Shown here in pieces: positions 22,087 to 33,731 of a DNA stretch of 64,000 nucleotides. Source of the DNA: Penicillus capitatus. Lineage: Eukaryota > Plantae > Chlorophyta. Within the stretch, counting starts at the first letter, position 1. Every line of letters starts with the position of its first letter. The notes beneath the pieces are model-generated. The model worked only from the letters and a program-made list of their open reading frames with translations, was not told where the DNA came from and searched no databases. The position numbers were made by a program, and so were the translations under genes. The DNA lies in contig OZ287694.1 of NCBI GenBank assembly GCA_965649825.1, forward strand, positions 2,073,292 through 2,137,291. Direction: 5' to 3'.

Positions 22087-24565
22087 ATGGGTTCAGTATT
22101 TTCGACACCGAGTGAAAACGCTTCAAGGGAAGGAAACCGCGAACTGCAGCTGTTTCCTTCGCAGCAACAGATGGGCGAACCGAGTCAGCAGATGGTGCCG
22201 CTGCGGACAACGCAAGCTGCGACCGCAGCAGGTGCGTTGAACATGACTTTTGTCTTTCGATGAAAATTTGAACGACGCCGCGTTGCTCCAGGACAAGGTA
22301 GCGGTTCAACGAGCGCACCTCGAAGACACGATTTCGAACCGCCGTTGGAATGGACGCCGGCGGACGTGAGCCAGTGAGCAACACCCTTTGACGTTTCGAC
22401 CGAGAAAATGCGCGTTCTGTTTGGTGGACAGGCTCATTTCCGAGCACGGAATCCGTGTCTTCGATGTCAGAGACGAAAATGGACAGCCTGTTTATTGGGA
22501 TGCTATCAAGAAAGGTCACTACGACTGCGCAGATATGCTGTTTGCATATGCAAAGAGAAACGAAGAAATTCCCGTGACATTTCGAGGAGAGGATGCAGAT
22601 CTGCTGTTGTGGGCAATCGAGAACAATGCACACGAGACAGTCAGATTCATCTTGGAGAAACTCACGAAGAAATGCGCTTCTGTTGAAGAAACGCGCGACC
22701 TCCTGACGAAACACCTGCGCACCATTGGCGAAAGATGTCCCGAACTGCTGGCAGACCTCCTCAAGAACGACAAGTTCACCATAGAGTACGCCAGATTTCA
22801 GGTACCGAAAGCTGTTTTCGACGCCAAGAGCAAGATTCCTAAAACAATCATCACAACGACGACACCGGACAGCTGGGCAGCAATGGATGGCGAATTCGGA
22901 AAGGGTTTATGGATCGAGCACTGGGAAGAAGAGGGTCGCTTACTGGGCGGCACAGATGCGCAAATCACGGCCATTGCAAAGGTCTTCTGTATCGGCCCTC
23001 CAGTACCCCAGAATAAACTCGACGTCTTTATGACGTTTTTCGTAAGTCGACTCCGCATCATCGGTCATCCTTGGGAGCATCTCTGTGAATATCTCCACAG
23101 TCTGAACCTGCCAGTGGAAGTTTTCGAATCCGAGACGTTGGTGAACTTCGTTGACCACTGGTTTCAAGTTTTTCGCCCCGTCTATCAAATCATCATCATC
23201 CTGAATGGTGCAGCCACTTTGGCATTTACGATCTTCTCCCTGACGTTCGGACCTCCAAATGAGATCGGAAAATCAGGTCGTTGGCTATGGCTGGGCATGC
23301 TATTTGCTTCCTACCTTTTACGAGGTTATGCATCTGTTTACTTCTGGTATTTTCGAAGGTCAGCGACCACTCGATTTCTTGATCTTCCAGCTATTTTTTG
23401 AGATGGATGGATGTAGGAACAACATCTTTTGGATGAAGCTTGTGCTAATAGAGCTATTTGCTATTATGGGATTTAAAGATCATTACTTAAAATACTACGC
23501 CTTTCTCATATCTCTCCTTTGCGTCCTTCAATGGATCGCGGTCTGTACCAAATCGATCCTGCCTGCCCACTTAATGTGTCCGTGCACTCTAGATGTTTTT
23601 CTCGTGGCAGCCATTCGAACGAATCGGGACGCTCGTCTCAATGGTGAATGCAGCCGTCTCAGAGTCCTGGCAATTTCTGCTATTAATGATTCTGTTGATC
23701 GTCGGGTACTCGGCGGCATTTGTGCCAATCTTCAAAATTGGGTCCATGGGAGAAGACGAAGAGAACTTCAATTCTCCTCAGCATGCAATCGAGACCCTTC
23801 TCTACGCCTGCCTTGGGAACTTCGACGTGGAAGTACGTCACTCACTTCTCCTGCTATGTCCTAGATGTTAGATCTGATATGCTGATGCAGATGTTTCGTC
23901 CTTCAAACAGCTTTCTGGCAATTTGGGCCATTCTATTGTTTGCTTCATTCATTTACATTTTACCGATCGTGATGATCAGTGTGCTGATCGCCACTGTACA
24001 AGATATCTACGACAGAGTTCGATTAAAAGAGAAAGCGGAACTGCGAAGACTCCGATCTCAGACAGTTGCCCAACTGGGTCCATGTGTGAGAATTTTGTGC
24101 GAAACGATACGGTAAGTCGCCAAAGCATCATCAGAATCTGAAGCATACTGAAATGTCTGATGGTGCTGCAGTCGCCGTTGGATCGGACGCTACTCCGCTT
24201 TCCTCTGGTCTCGTTATCGAGTCCTTCGAAGACAGCAACGTCCAAAGATGACTGATGAAGCTATTTCAAACGAATTATATGGAGGTTACTTCCATTTTCT
24301 GGTTCCTGAAGTCAATGGACTGGATTCGCATGACGATGAATGGCGTGGCAAACTCGTGGAGATTGAGAGAACCATCAAGTCCGAAGCTCAGAAGAACGAG
24401 AGAAACTTAAAGGAACGACTCGTGGTCCTGGACAAGAGGATTGATGAATTGGATAAGAAAATAACAGAAAACAAACTCCGGGAGGAAAGCTGGAGACGTC
24501 ATATGGAGGAGGGAATGGACCAAATTCTCCAAAAACTGGACGCGAGCGGTCCATCTTCCAGTTGA
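22087..24565 (+). CDS. TRP-like cation channel, apparently intact, multi-exon
   Basis: Splicing GT-AG introns gives an open frame through an ankyrin-like region, S4-S5 (PFERIGTLVSMV), pore (AIETLLYACLGNFD), S6 (IVMISVLIATVQDIYDRV) and a coiled-coil C-terminus. Confidence 0.85.
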
Positions 24566-25780
24566 GCAGTCATGCAGCACATGCAGACTCTCACCTTAAG
24601 CATAAAGCCCCTTAGAAGGTATCATTTTTTGGACGGATAGAGCAAAGGTCGATTGCCATTTGCTCTGGGTCTGTTGACATACTTCTAACCGTAGTAAGGC
24701 ATTCGTTCACGGTGCCTGTGAATCATACGTCTGCCAAGGCGTCTGATCAAATACCGAAAGTGTTCTTGTTGAGCAATCCAATGTTTACGCATCTGCTGTT
24801 ACGCGTTGGGGACAGATCTGTAAGCACCGGGGCATTTGAGACGCGCTCTCTGGACCACACATCGCCTCGACTGCATCCGCAAAGCTTGCCTCTAGCGTCT
24901 TTTAACCCCAGACTTCAATGCGGCTATATGTCGTGCGTGCCTTACGTTACTCTGCTATTGAGAAGAGGAGTCACTGACAGGTGTATCGCCAGAACGATGG
25001 TGGGGCCATCGATGCTATATCTGCCTTCTGTTCCGACAGAAAGGTGATACAAAGCTGTCCATGCATCAGGATTCTTGGCAAAAGAGAAGCTCTCTGCGAG
25101 ACGATTGTGGCCACGTCTCTTCGCGCCGCCTTTCAGATGAAACGACACTAGCTGCAGAGATCACGGATAGACCCACATCACAGGAGGTCGGCAGAAAAGA
25201 ATAGTGCCACCATGAGTGCGAACGTCATGGAAACAAGTGCTGGACAGTGCTCCAGGTAAGAGATCGCCGACCAACTGTCGTCCTCTGCCTCGACGACAAC
25301 GCCTGTGGCGTCAATAGAGACTCAACAAGCAGAGATATCATTTCGATCACCTGATGGAACTGCTCAGAGCACTATTGTGCCAAGGACTCTGTCTTTGATA
25401 CCATCTCCGAGAAGCGACCTATCTTTAAGTACAACAGCAGATAATGGATGATGAAGCATTGAAGATAGCTATGTCTTTAGCGAGGAACACTAGATGTGTT
25501 CTGCAGAATCTATTACTTTATGACAGAGCAGTGTGGCAAGCGAATCCCATAAGTCAGAAACAGTCGAAAATGAAAACAGTGTGGAGAGAAGCTATTCTTG
25601 CAATTGAGTATTCATCAACGGCTTGAATCATAGGTCACGTCATCCTTTTCAGCCAGGCAGAGGCTGCATCGCCCAATGAAGGACGTTTGAACAGCAATTG
25701 AAGTTGAAGGATACGGTACGACGAATGGTTCGTCAGAATGGACGTCATTGCGTCATCTCCCTTCATTTAGGTGCCCGAGA

Positions 25781-27494
25781 ATGGAGTTCCAAGCAGTCGT
25801 GCTTTGCTGCGGCGATGCGCGGCGTCTGCATCCTTTGACGTCGGACGAGAGGTCGGAATGTATGCTGCACGTGGCGACACAGCCGTTGCTCTGGTATCCG
25901 CTCGCGGCCTTGAAGAAAGCCGCCGTCGAAAGCGTCATACTGGTCAGAAGACCTTCGCTGAGCAAACCCACCCCCACTGTCCGCTTTCAGGTCCTGCGAG
26001 AAGGTTCCGCCGTGTCTCACGTACGATCCTGGCTCGTCAAGGAGCACAACGCGCTGCCTTCGTGCGAGGTAACGCCTTCCTCCTGGGTCTAACGTGTTGA
26101 AGGTCGTCGAGAAGGTCGTGACGGTCGAAGCCGATGCCACAACGGCAGAGGCGCTGCGTCTCTGTCTGCCACGCATCTCTTGTTCGACGGTCCTGGTCAT
26201 GCGGCTAGGTGCGGTGACGGATCTCTCATTGAGGACTCTGCTCTCCGTTTACTCCATCGACGGCAATGCTGCCGCCATCGTCCTGATGAAGCGGAAGACG
26301 AGTGCTGCCTTCCAGACAAAGGCAGGGAAGACACCCAAGGTGCGGCGCTCTGTCCTGCAAACACCTCCTTGTGAGAGGCGCGCAAACAGGGGGTGGACTA
26401 TGTGGGTCTCGACGATGAGAAGAAGCGACTGCTCTTCTTCCATTCGAGTCGGGATGCTGCGAAGAGTCTAAAGATTCCTGGCAGCGTCTTGGAGAATCGT
26501 TCTCGAATCCATGTGACGACGGACTACAGTGATGTCGGGATCTACATTCTCTCAAAGTCCACCGTCCGCATCCCCGTGGACGTGATCGATCTGGCACGGC
26601 AGGGAGGCGCTGTCGTTGTTTGGAGAGAGGCCGTTATGGACTGGCATCTCCACTCACCTGCTGCCGCATCTCGTCAGGAGCTCTGTCTCTCCGGTACCAC
26701 CGATGGCAACGAATGGGACGGAGTCTCAGGTGACAGCTCCAGATAGGAACGGACTGCTGTGCATACTGACGGTAGGAGCTGAAGGAGGTCGGGGCACGTC
26801 AGAAGGCTGGCGTGTCCGTCTACTTTCCGACGACGAACGAGCTCCTCTCCGTTGTCCGCTGTCCAAAATCCTTTGCCGAGGTCACTAAAGAGGCGAGGCT
26901 GTCTTCTTTGCAAATCTGTTGTGTGACTTGGAAATGGCATAGTTGATTGGAGTGCGCCTGAGGACGTCGTTGTTGGGACTGCCGGATGCGAGACAGGAGA
27001 ACCTCGTGCTGTCGAATGTCACCCTCTGCAGCAAGGCCACTGCATGCCTTACCGCACAGATCGCCCCGGTCTTGACCTGTCTGCCGTGCTAGGTGTCTGG
27101 GGCGTGCCTGGTCTGCGAGGGAACGAAGGTCGGCGAGAACACGACTGTGAAGAGAAGCTTCGTCGGGCGGAACTGCAGGCGAGTTCAGAACTCGAGAGAT
27201 CGGACAGTGCGTTCTGATTGTGGCATTGTCGCTCCAGTGTTGGCTCTGGATGCAAGATCATCAACTCTGTGCTTATGGATGGCGTCGTCGTTGGAGAGCA
27301 GTGTCACATCCAGAGCTCAGTGGTGGGTTCGGGAGCATCCATCGGTCCTTCATCGCAGATAAAAGACTCTTCTGTACGTGCCTTTGTCTCCAGTGCTGCA
27401 TTCTGTCTCGATCGGCGTCGTCCTGTAGGTGGGTCCGGCCGTGGTCATTCCGCGGGATTCTGACTTGAACGAAAGCATCCTCCCGGAGCAGTAG
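25781..27494 (+). CDS. EIF2B3: Translation initiation factor eIF2B gamma subunit, intact copy; 9 introns, 3 of them GC-AG
   Basis: NTP-transferase-like N-terminus MEFQAVVLCCG...LHPLT...QPLLWYPL and a C-terminal left-handed beta-helix (KVGENTTVKRSFVGRNCSVGSGCKIINSVLMDGV). Ends at TAG 27492-27494. Confidence 0.92.
26893..26942 (+). other. GC-AG intron (50 nt) in eIF2B gamma
   Basis: GAG|GCGAGG...CATAG|TTG. The unspliced frame hits TGA. Splicing gives SFAEVTKELIG, matching the family pattern AFMDVNRDVIG. Confidence 0.75.
27042..27092 (+). other. GC-AG intron (51 nt) in eIF2B gamma
   Basis: ACT|GCATGC...GCTAG|GTG restores the gap-free LbH sequence VTLCSKATVSGACLV. Confidence 0.7.
27179..27237 (+). 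other. GC-AG intron (59 nt) in eIF2B gamma
   Basis: CAG|GCGAGT...TCCAG|T is the only nearby donor that restores the frame (RNCSVGSGC). Confidence 0.85.
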
Positions 27495-27926
27495 AGATCG
27501 ATCGAGGCCGAGTTAAGGGCGCCACAGTTGGCGAGGACTTTCAGCAAGGCAGCGAACAATCAGTTTAGTTTTGAGTGACGTCATTTGCAATTAGCGTCCA
27601 ACGACACTTCGGTTAGAGAACTCAGCCCGACTCCATCCACGTAAGTAGTCGGTTGCCCAAGACGCGTTCCCTTGCGTTAGGACCTGTCATTTGCAATGGC
27701 TTTAGTCACCTTTCCGTTCGGTTCTGTGCTCACCGGAGCGGCATACCAAGCGCAGAACACAACGCGTCTTGGCAGCTGTCACGAATGAACGATAAAAACA
27801 AAGCTATCGCCGCGTCACACAGAGTAAGAAAGCGATGTGCGGCATCGCCGCAGAAACGCAAGATCTCGACGATGCTCGAGACATAAAGGAATCAAAGAAG
27901 CAACATATGAAGGTGCTTTTGTTATG

Positions 27927-28263
27927 TGTGGGAAATGAAGTGTCTTTTCCGTCGTTCGAAGCCGTCGGAAGCGGTTCGGTGTTATAATAACCACCATGGC
28001 GCGCTGACCATCAGCTGCGACGGGTGTTAACCTCCGGGCCAACTTCCTCATAACAATAGAGAGGTGGTTTTCGAACGTGCCTTGAAGTTCACGACAGTTA
28101 GTGCTAAGGTTAGGAAACTCGTAACCATTGTGGGTATTTAAGACCGATATTCCCGTTGTAAATAATCTCGAGTTCCTGTGTTATCGTTCGAGCATTCATT
28201 CGCGCCGTCGTTCGTGCGTTTTCGACTCGGCACTTCTGCGATTCATTACACCGATTCCCAACA
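27927..28263 (+). repeat. 5' LTR
   Basis: tgtgggaaatg...ttcccaaca, a direct repeat of 32849-33185. Confidence 0.97.
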
Positions 28264-28265
28264 TC

Positions 28266-28282
28266 TGGTGGACCTCCGGGGC
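28266..28282 (+). other. Primer-binding site
   Basis: TGGTGGACCTCCGGGG lies 2 nt after the 5' LTR and is complementary to a tRNA ending ...GGUCCACCA. Confidence 0.75.
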
Positions 28283-28317
28283 AACTGTCGAGCATTTTCT
28301 ATCATCTCTGACAAGCC

Positions 28318-31300
28318 ATGCGCATCGAGTCGATCTCCTTTCCGCGTTACGATGGACGCACTGACCCTAGGAGATGGGTCAACAAGATGACTTTGCTCTT
28401 TCGTCTTCAGCAAGTGGATGACCAGCCAGGAACGCGAGCCGAAATTGCGGTCACGTTGCTTGACGGGCCGGCGGCTGACTGGGCCGAACTCCACCATGAC
28501 GCCGACGCTCATTTGAATATCGATTGGGCCGAGTGGAGTCAACTGGTGATTGACCGTTTTGTGCGCGACCAAGACCCTGACCGCGCCAAGGACCAGCTCC
28601 GACACATCTTTCAGAAGCGACGAGAGTCCTTGTTGGCGTACGCTGAACGTTTCGCCTTAATGTGTTCTAGAGCTCGACCTGCCATCGACCCAGACGATTA
28701 TTACAAGTACTGGCTGAGAGGCCTACAAAATGACCGCGCAGCAGAGTACTCGTTCACTCGACTTGCGGCAAGCAATAATGCGCCAACCTTTGAGTATGCC
28801 GTTCGCTATGCGAAGTACGCGACGGAGGCACGCAAGAATGTTCGAGGATACGAGGAGACCGACGAAGAAGAAGACGAACCTGAACATGAAAATCGTAACC
28901 ATCCGACGGTCCTCAGGGAGAACGGAGCTCGTCGCCTTGCGAAGACAGGGCGAAGAACCACAACCATCGTGGCTGAGGAACCGGCGGCGGATGACTCCGA
29001 AGACGAAGAACTCCGTCAACTCATCTCCGGACTGACAGGCCTGCTTGCGAAGAGGCAGGAAAAGCGACGCGCAAGACGCGCAGAAGGCAACGCGTCTCGC
29101 TTCGTTGAGTCTGTGTCCGAGGATGAAGACGAAGATGAGGCTGAAGCAACCGCCAGAATGGCGGATGAAGATGAGCAGCAACCCAGTAAGCGACGCCGAG
29201 GTGCGGCTGGAAAGAAAGCGCGGAAACCGCGTAAGAAGCCCGAGCTCGACCGTGAATGGGCAGATTACGCTGCTCAAGCATGGGCCATCCCGCTGCGTTT
29301 CCTGAAAGGGCGCAGCAAACGTGAAGTCTACTCCCAAGTGATACTGGCGCTGAGAGACGCGTTCGGGTTCACTCCAAAGCCTAAAAAGAAGAAGGGCGAA
29401 GATGAGCCTTCTGCTTCAGCACCACCGCAGCAGACTGACGTATATATGGAACCGGCAGCACAACAACCGCAAGGACCGCAGCCGTACCAAGCCACCCTCG
29501 CACAGAAACGAGGCGGCAGAGACTGGCTCGAGCGATGCAAGGTATTCGTCGCAGGGCAGTTTGTGCCCAGAGTGATTGTAGACCCTGGCTCTTCGAACTC
29601 CATAATGGATGCGGAGTTCGCCCGTCAGTTCCACATCAAGCACACTATGCCCAGCCGAGGAACGTTACTGCTTGCGGATGGTTCTGTCCAGAAGCCGCTA
29701 GGACGCACTGACGAAGTTCGCGTCGAAGTGGGCGGTGTTTGGATACAGCAAGCGTTCAGTGTCCTGCCGACGAAGAACTCATATGACATTCTTCTCGGTA
29801 CGGACTGGCTGCGCACCGTCCGCAGCCGAGCCGACTTCGAAGAAGGAACGTATACCTTCGGTGTGAAAAAGCGCATTACGGTCGTGCCGAAGTGGCGCAA
29901 GCTCTTCTTCGCGAAAAAGCAACCCGCAGCTGTTGAGGACGATACCTCCGATGCCAGCAGCGAATCCGATATGGCCGCTGCACTGGAGGAGTTGGTCGAG
30001 CAATTGCAAGCCCTTGCCAGCGACAGCGAGAGTGAGGACGAGGACGAATGCTTCCTTGCACTGAGTGACCAGGTGCTTGGCGAATTGCACGTCAACCCGA
30101 AATTGAAGCCTGAGGTGCTCTCGGGTGTCCGCTCTCTCGTTAGTGAATACGTAGACTGCTTCGCCCTAACCTTTCAAGACATGGTCAGGACGCCCTTAAT
30201 GCAATTCGAGATCGAGTTGCGTCAAGGGGAAGTCGCGAAGCGCTGTGGCCGGACCCGACGCCTGGCGCCAAAAGAGACTGAGTTCGTCAAGGCACAAATC
30301 GACGAGCTGCTTGGAGCCAAGCTAATCATTCCGTGGGAAGAAGCCGCGAAAAAATACGGCTGCCCAAAACGCAAGAATCGTTGGCTGTCGCCAATAACAA
30401 TCGCACCAAAGAAGGATGGTTCGTTTCGTTTCTGCTGTGCGTACCAAAGGCTGAACGACGCGACCATCCCAGATAAATTCGTTCTACCTCGAGCAGACGA
30501 CTTGCTCGATCGCGTGACGGGTCACGCGTGCTACTCCGCCCTCGATGGATTCAGTGGGTATTATTCCCTTGGGCTGCATCCCGGGTCCGTATTGAAGACG
30601 GCGTTTGCGACGAGCTTTGGCGTCTTCTGTTGGCTCGTCCTACCTTTCGGGGTAACGAATGGTCCCGCTGCCTACTCGCGTTTGGTCGAGCAGGTCTATG
30701 GCGGACTGGACCGAGTCGGCGTCTTCATTGACGACGTCTGCTGCGCACACCAAAGCGAAGCAGGTATCGTGGAAGACTTGCGACGTGTGTTCGCGCGTTG
30801 TCGCGACGGAGGGCTCCGCCTGAAACCGAAGAAGTGCTTTATTGGCTATCGAGAAGTCGATTTCCTTGGCCACCGGCTGTGCCCAGAAGGGATGAGAATG
30901 GATGAAGCCAAAGTCGAGAAGATCTCGAGGATGCCCTCGCCGACGGACAGAAAACAATTGCAATCTCTTTACGGCATGTTCTCTTATTATCGCCGATTCC
31001 TGAAGAACTTCGCGGGCGTAAGTGCGCCGATGTCGAGCCTCCTTTCGACACGACGAGACTTTTTGTGGACCCCCGAAGCCCAGAAGGCACTGGAGGAGTT
31101 GAAGAAGCTCCTTGTCGACGGAGCCGTGTTGACGGCAGTCAACGAAGACCTGCCCTTTCTCGTCGACACGGATGCCAGCGCTTACGGAATCGGGGCCGTC
31201 TTGTCACAAGAACAAGACGGCGAAGAGCGTCCGATCTACTTCTACTCTAGGCTCCTAAAAGATGCTGAGACACGATACTCCGCCACCGAGCGAGAAGGAT

Positions 31301-32742
31301 TGGCATTGGTCGCCGGACTCAAGAAATTCCGCGTCTATGTCTTAGGACGCAAAGTGGTCGCTCGAACCGACCATGCAGCACTGTCACACATGCTGCGCAA
31401 AACAGACCTGACGGGTCGTATTGCCCGTTGGAAGCTTATCTTGTCCGAGTACGACGTCCATTACGTGACGAGGCCCGGAGAAAGACACCGCAACGCTGAT
31501 GGACTGAGTCGCCTGGTCGATGAAGGCTCGGAACCTCGACCAGTCAATAAAGAAGAGGAATGCGATGAGTGTCCAGCGCTCGTGGCCGAGGACGTTGCTG
31601 CCGCTTTCCAAGCCTGCCGCGAATACGCGGAAATCCTCCCCTCGGTCAACGAACAGGACAGTCGATTTCGGTGGGGTGAGCGCAATCTTTTCTTTGAAGA
31701 CTTAGATGGACGGCGCAAGATCTGTCTGCTGCCGAACCAAGTCCGCGCGGTCGTCGGTGAAGAACACTGCGTCGGACACTTTTCTGCCGAAATAACATTA
31801 CAACGAGTAAGGCAAAGATATTGGTTTCCGAAGATGCGCAAGCAAGTGCAAGACCTCGTGAGGACCTGCCAAACCTGTCAGTTGTTCGGTTCCAAGCCCC
31901 CCATCCGTAGCACTATCCCCATTGCCATCGAACAACCATGGGAGCTGGTCGAGTTGGACACGGTCGTCGGCTTACCGACGACGCCGCGGAAGGCAGTAGG
32001 ATTTGTCACGGCGATCGACTGCTTCACAGGGTTCGTAATAACAGATGCATTGACGTCCTTGGGAGCTGCGAAGACCCTCAAGTTCTTTATCAATAAAGTC
32101 GTTTGCGCTTGGGGCGTGCCGCAGAGAATCCTGACGGACAACGGGACGGAGTTCCAAGGTGTTTTTAGTGAGACGGTGAAGAATCTCGGGATCGAGCACC
32201 GATGGTCGACGCCACGATACCCCCGCAGCCATGGCAAAGTCGAGAACGTACAGCGCCTCGTCCTTGACCGCCTGAGGAAGTGCCAGAATCCGAGAAGCTG
32301 GGACGAGAACCTCCCGGCTGCGACGTTTGCTGTGAACGCACGACGAGGCAAGTTCCTGTCGCCACTCGAACTTCTCACAGGGGTCGTGCCGAAAAGCCGC
32401 ACTGAAGTGAATCTGTTAGCCGGCGAGAGCAAAGGGGATGCAGAGCCCTTGCAGACCGCCCTTGCAGACCGTCTGACCGATCTTGCGCTTTGTCGCGAGC
32501 GTTTTCGTGACTCTGCGAAGAAGATCCGCGAGTCCTGGACTGCAGAAGCCGCGATCCCACGCATCGAGCCTGGGAAAGAGGTCCGCGTCTATCGACTTGA
32601 AGACCACGGGAAACTCGAAGCAGCGTTCGAGAAAGGTGTCGTGACGTGGTGGGGTAATCAAGGAGCTTGCAGAGTTCTGGTCGATGGTCGCATGAAGAGA
32701 ATGCCGCAGTTCTGCGTGAAGCCGTGGATCGCTCCCCAATAA
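28318..32742 (+). CDS. Gag-pol polyprotein, 1474 aa (gag, aspartic protease, RT, RNase H, integrase)
   Basis: Protease IVDPGSS, RT VFIDD, RNase H TDASAYGIGAVL...TDHAAL, integrase zinc finger H..H...CQTC and DDE (LDT, TDNGTEF, GKVE). The RT-RH-IN order is gypsy type. Confidence 0.97.
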   Translation: MRIESISFPRYDGRTDPRRWVNKMTLLFRLQQVDDQPGTRAEIAVTLLDGPAADWAELHHDADAHLNIDWAEWSQLVIDRFVRDQDPDRAKDQLRHIFQKRRESLLAYAERFALMCSRARPAIDPDDYYKYWLRGLQNDRAAEYSFTRLAASNNAPTFEYAVRYAKYATEARKNVRGYEETDEEEDEPEHENRNHPTVLRENGARRLAKTGRRTTTIVAEEPAADDSEDEELRQLISGLTGLLAKRQEKRRARRAEGNASRFVESVSEDEDEDEAEATARMADEDEQQPSKRRRGAAGKKARKPRKKPELDREWADYAAQAWAIPLRFLKGRSKREVYSQVILALRDAFGFTPKPKKKKGEDEPSASAPPQQTDVYMEPAAQQPQGPQPYQATLAQKRGGRDWLERCKVFVAGQFVPRVIVDPGSSNSIMDAEFARQFHIKHTMPSRGTLLLADGSVQKPLGRTDEVRVEVGGVWIQQAFSVLPTKNSYDILLGTDWLRTVRSRADFEEGTYTFGVKKRITVVPKWRKLFFAKKQPAAVEDDTSDASSESDMAAALEELVEQLQALASDSESEDEDECFLALSDQVLGELHVNPKLKPEVLSGVRSLVSEYVDCFALTFQDMVRTPLMQFEIELRQGEVAKRCGRTRRLAPKETEFVKAQIDELLGAKLIIPWEEAAKKYGCPKRKNRWLSPITIAPKKDGSFRFCCAYQRLNDATIPDKFVLPRADDLLDRVTGHACYSALDGFSGYYSLGLHPGSVLKTAFATSFGVFCWLVLPFGVTNGPAAYSRLVEQVYGGLDRVGVFIDDVCCAHQSEAGIVEDLRRVFARCRDGGLRLKPKKCFIGYREVDFLGHRLCPEGMRMDEAKVEKISRMPSPTDRKQLQSLYGMFSYYRRFLKNFAGVSAPMSSLLSTRRDFLWTPEAQKALEELKKLLVDGAVLTAVNEDLPFLVDTDASAYGIGAVLSQEQDGEERPIYFYSRLLKDAETRYSATEREGLALVAGLKKFRVYVLGRKVVARTDHAALSHMLRKTDLTGRIARWKLILSEYDVHYVTRPGERHRNADGLSRLVDEGSEPRPVNKEEECDECPALVAEDVAAAFQACREYAEILPSVNEQDSRFRWGERNLFFEDLDGRRKICLLPNQVRAVVGEEHCVGHFSAEITLQRVRQRYWFPKMRKQVQDLVRTCQTCQLFGSKPPIRSTIPIAIEQPWELVELDTVVGLPTTPRKAVGFVTAIDCFTGFVITDALTSLGAAKTLKFFINKVVCAWGVPQRILTDNGTEFQGVFSETVKNLGIEHRWSTPRYPRSHGKVENVQRLVLDRLRKCQNPRSWDENLPAATFAVNARRGKFLSPLELLTGVVPKSRTEVNLLAGESKGDAEPLQTALADRLTDLALCRERFRDSAKKIRESWTAEAAIPRIEPGKEVRVYRLEDHGKLEAAFEKGVVTWWGNQGACRVLVDGRMKRMPQFCVKPWIAPQ

Positions 32743-32831
32743 AAATTTCTTAACGCTCAATGGTTCTCCCTTTTACCTGAGTCGTGTGTTTTCGTTTACT
32801 CTGTCACTTAAACGTCGGGACGTGACGTGTT

Positions 32832-32848
32832 AAGTGAGGAGGAGTCAC
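32832..32848 (+). other. Polypurine tract
   Basis: aagtgaggaggag lies a few nt before the 3' LTR. Confidence 0.65.
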
Positions 32849-33185
32849 TGTGGGAAATGAAGTGTCTTTTCCGTCGTTCGAAGCCGTCGGAAGCGGTTCG
32901 GTGTTATAATAACCACCATGGCGCGCTGACCATCAGCTGCGACGGGTGTTAACCTCCGGGCCAACTTCCTCATAACAATAGAGAGGTGGTTTTCGAACGT
33001 GCCTTGAAGTTCACGACAGTTAGTGCTAAGGTTAGGAAACTCGTAACCATTGTGGGTATTTAAGACCGATATTCCCGTTGTAAATAATCTCGAGTTCCTG
33101 TGTTATCGTTCGAGCATTCATTCGCGCCGTCGTTCGTGCGTTTTCGACTCGGCACTTCTGCGATTCATTACACCGATTCCCAACA
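32849..33185 (+). repeat. 3' LTR
   Basis: Direct repeat of 27927-28263. Confidence 0.97.
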
Positions 33186-33731
33186 TTATGCCCTCCCGCA
33201 ACCCGTCCTGCGCCGCCGCATCGCGCACGGTATCCATCGCTTTAGAGAGCCTTACGGCTGAGCGACGTGGAAGTCGAGGATCTAGACAATCTGAAGCTCT
33301 TGCCTTCTCGCCAATACTTTTAAAATGCGAACTCGAAACGTTTCAAAGCAAACACCCTTTGCAGATTTCTCAGACTCGGTTTCCCCCGGAGGTTTAGGCA
33401 AAAAAGCAATGACGTAACGTGGATGAGAGTGATGACTAATGAACGACAAATCACTCCGCTCGTGCGGAGAACAATCATACGCATCGCATCATCTGAATGC
33501 GCTTCAATCAAAGGCGAAAACGATTATCGAGAGGCGAGGGCACGGCGACGAAGAATGCGGTTGTGTCATCGTGTGTTCGTGCGACCTCAATGCGAGGCAG
33601 TTTCTCGTGGAGACGTCGCCGTGCCCTGGCGAAGAATACAAATCACGTGCTTCTGCGAGTAGTGCGACTTGACATCTGTTCGGATTCCTGTATGGCAAAA
33701 ACCTGGAGAGTCGTCCCAACCGACCGACGTG

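Larger units (their letters stand above)
27927..33185 (+). mobile_element. Full-length, very young Ty3/gypsy LTR retrotransposon
   Basis: Two 337-bp TG...CA LTRs appear identical on manual comparison. A 5-bp target-site duplication TTATG lies at 27922-27926 and 33186-33190. PBS, PPT and a single intact gag-pol ORF are present. Confidence 0.98.

Noticed and set aside
27815-33240. The LTR element interrupting a host gene
   Set aside because: Rejoining the flanks gives only a ~53-codon minus-strand ORF with no recognisable homology.
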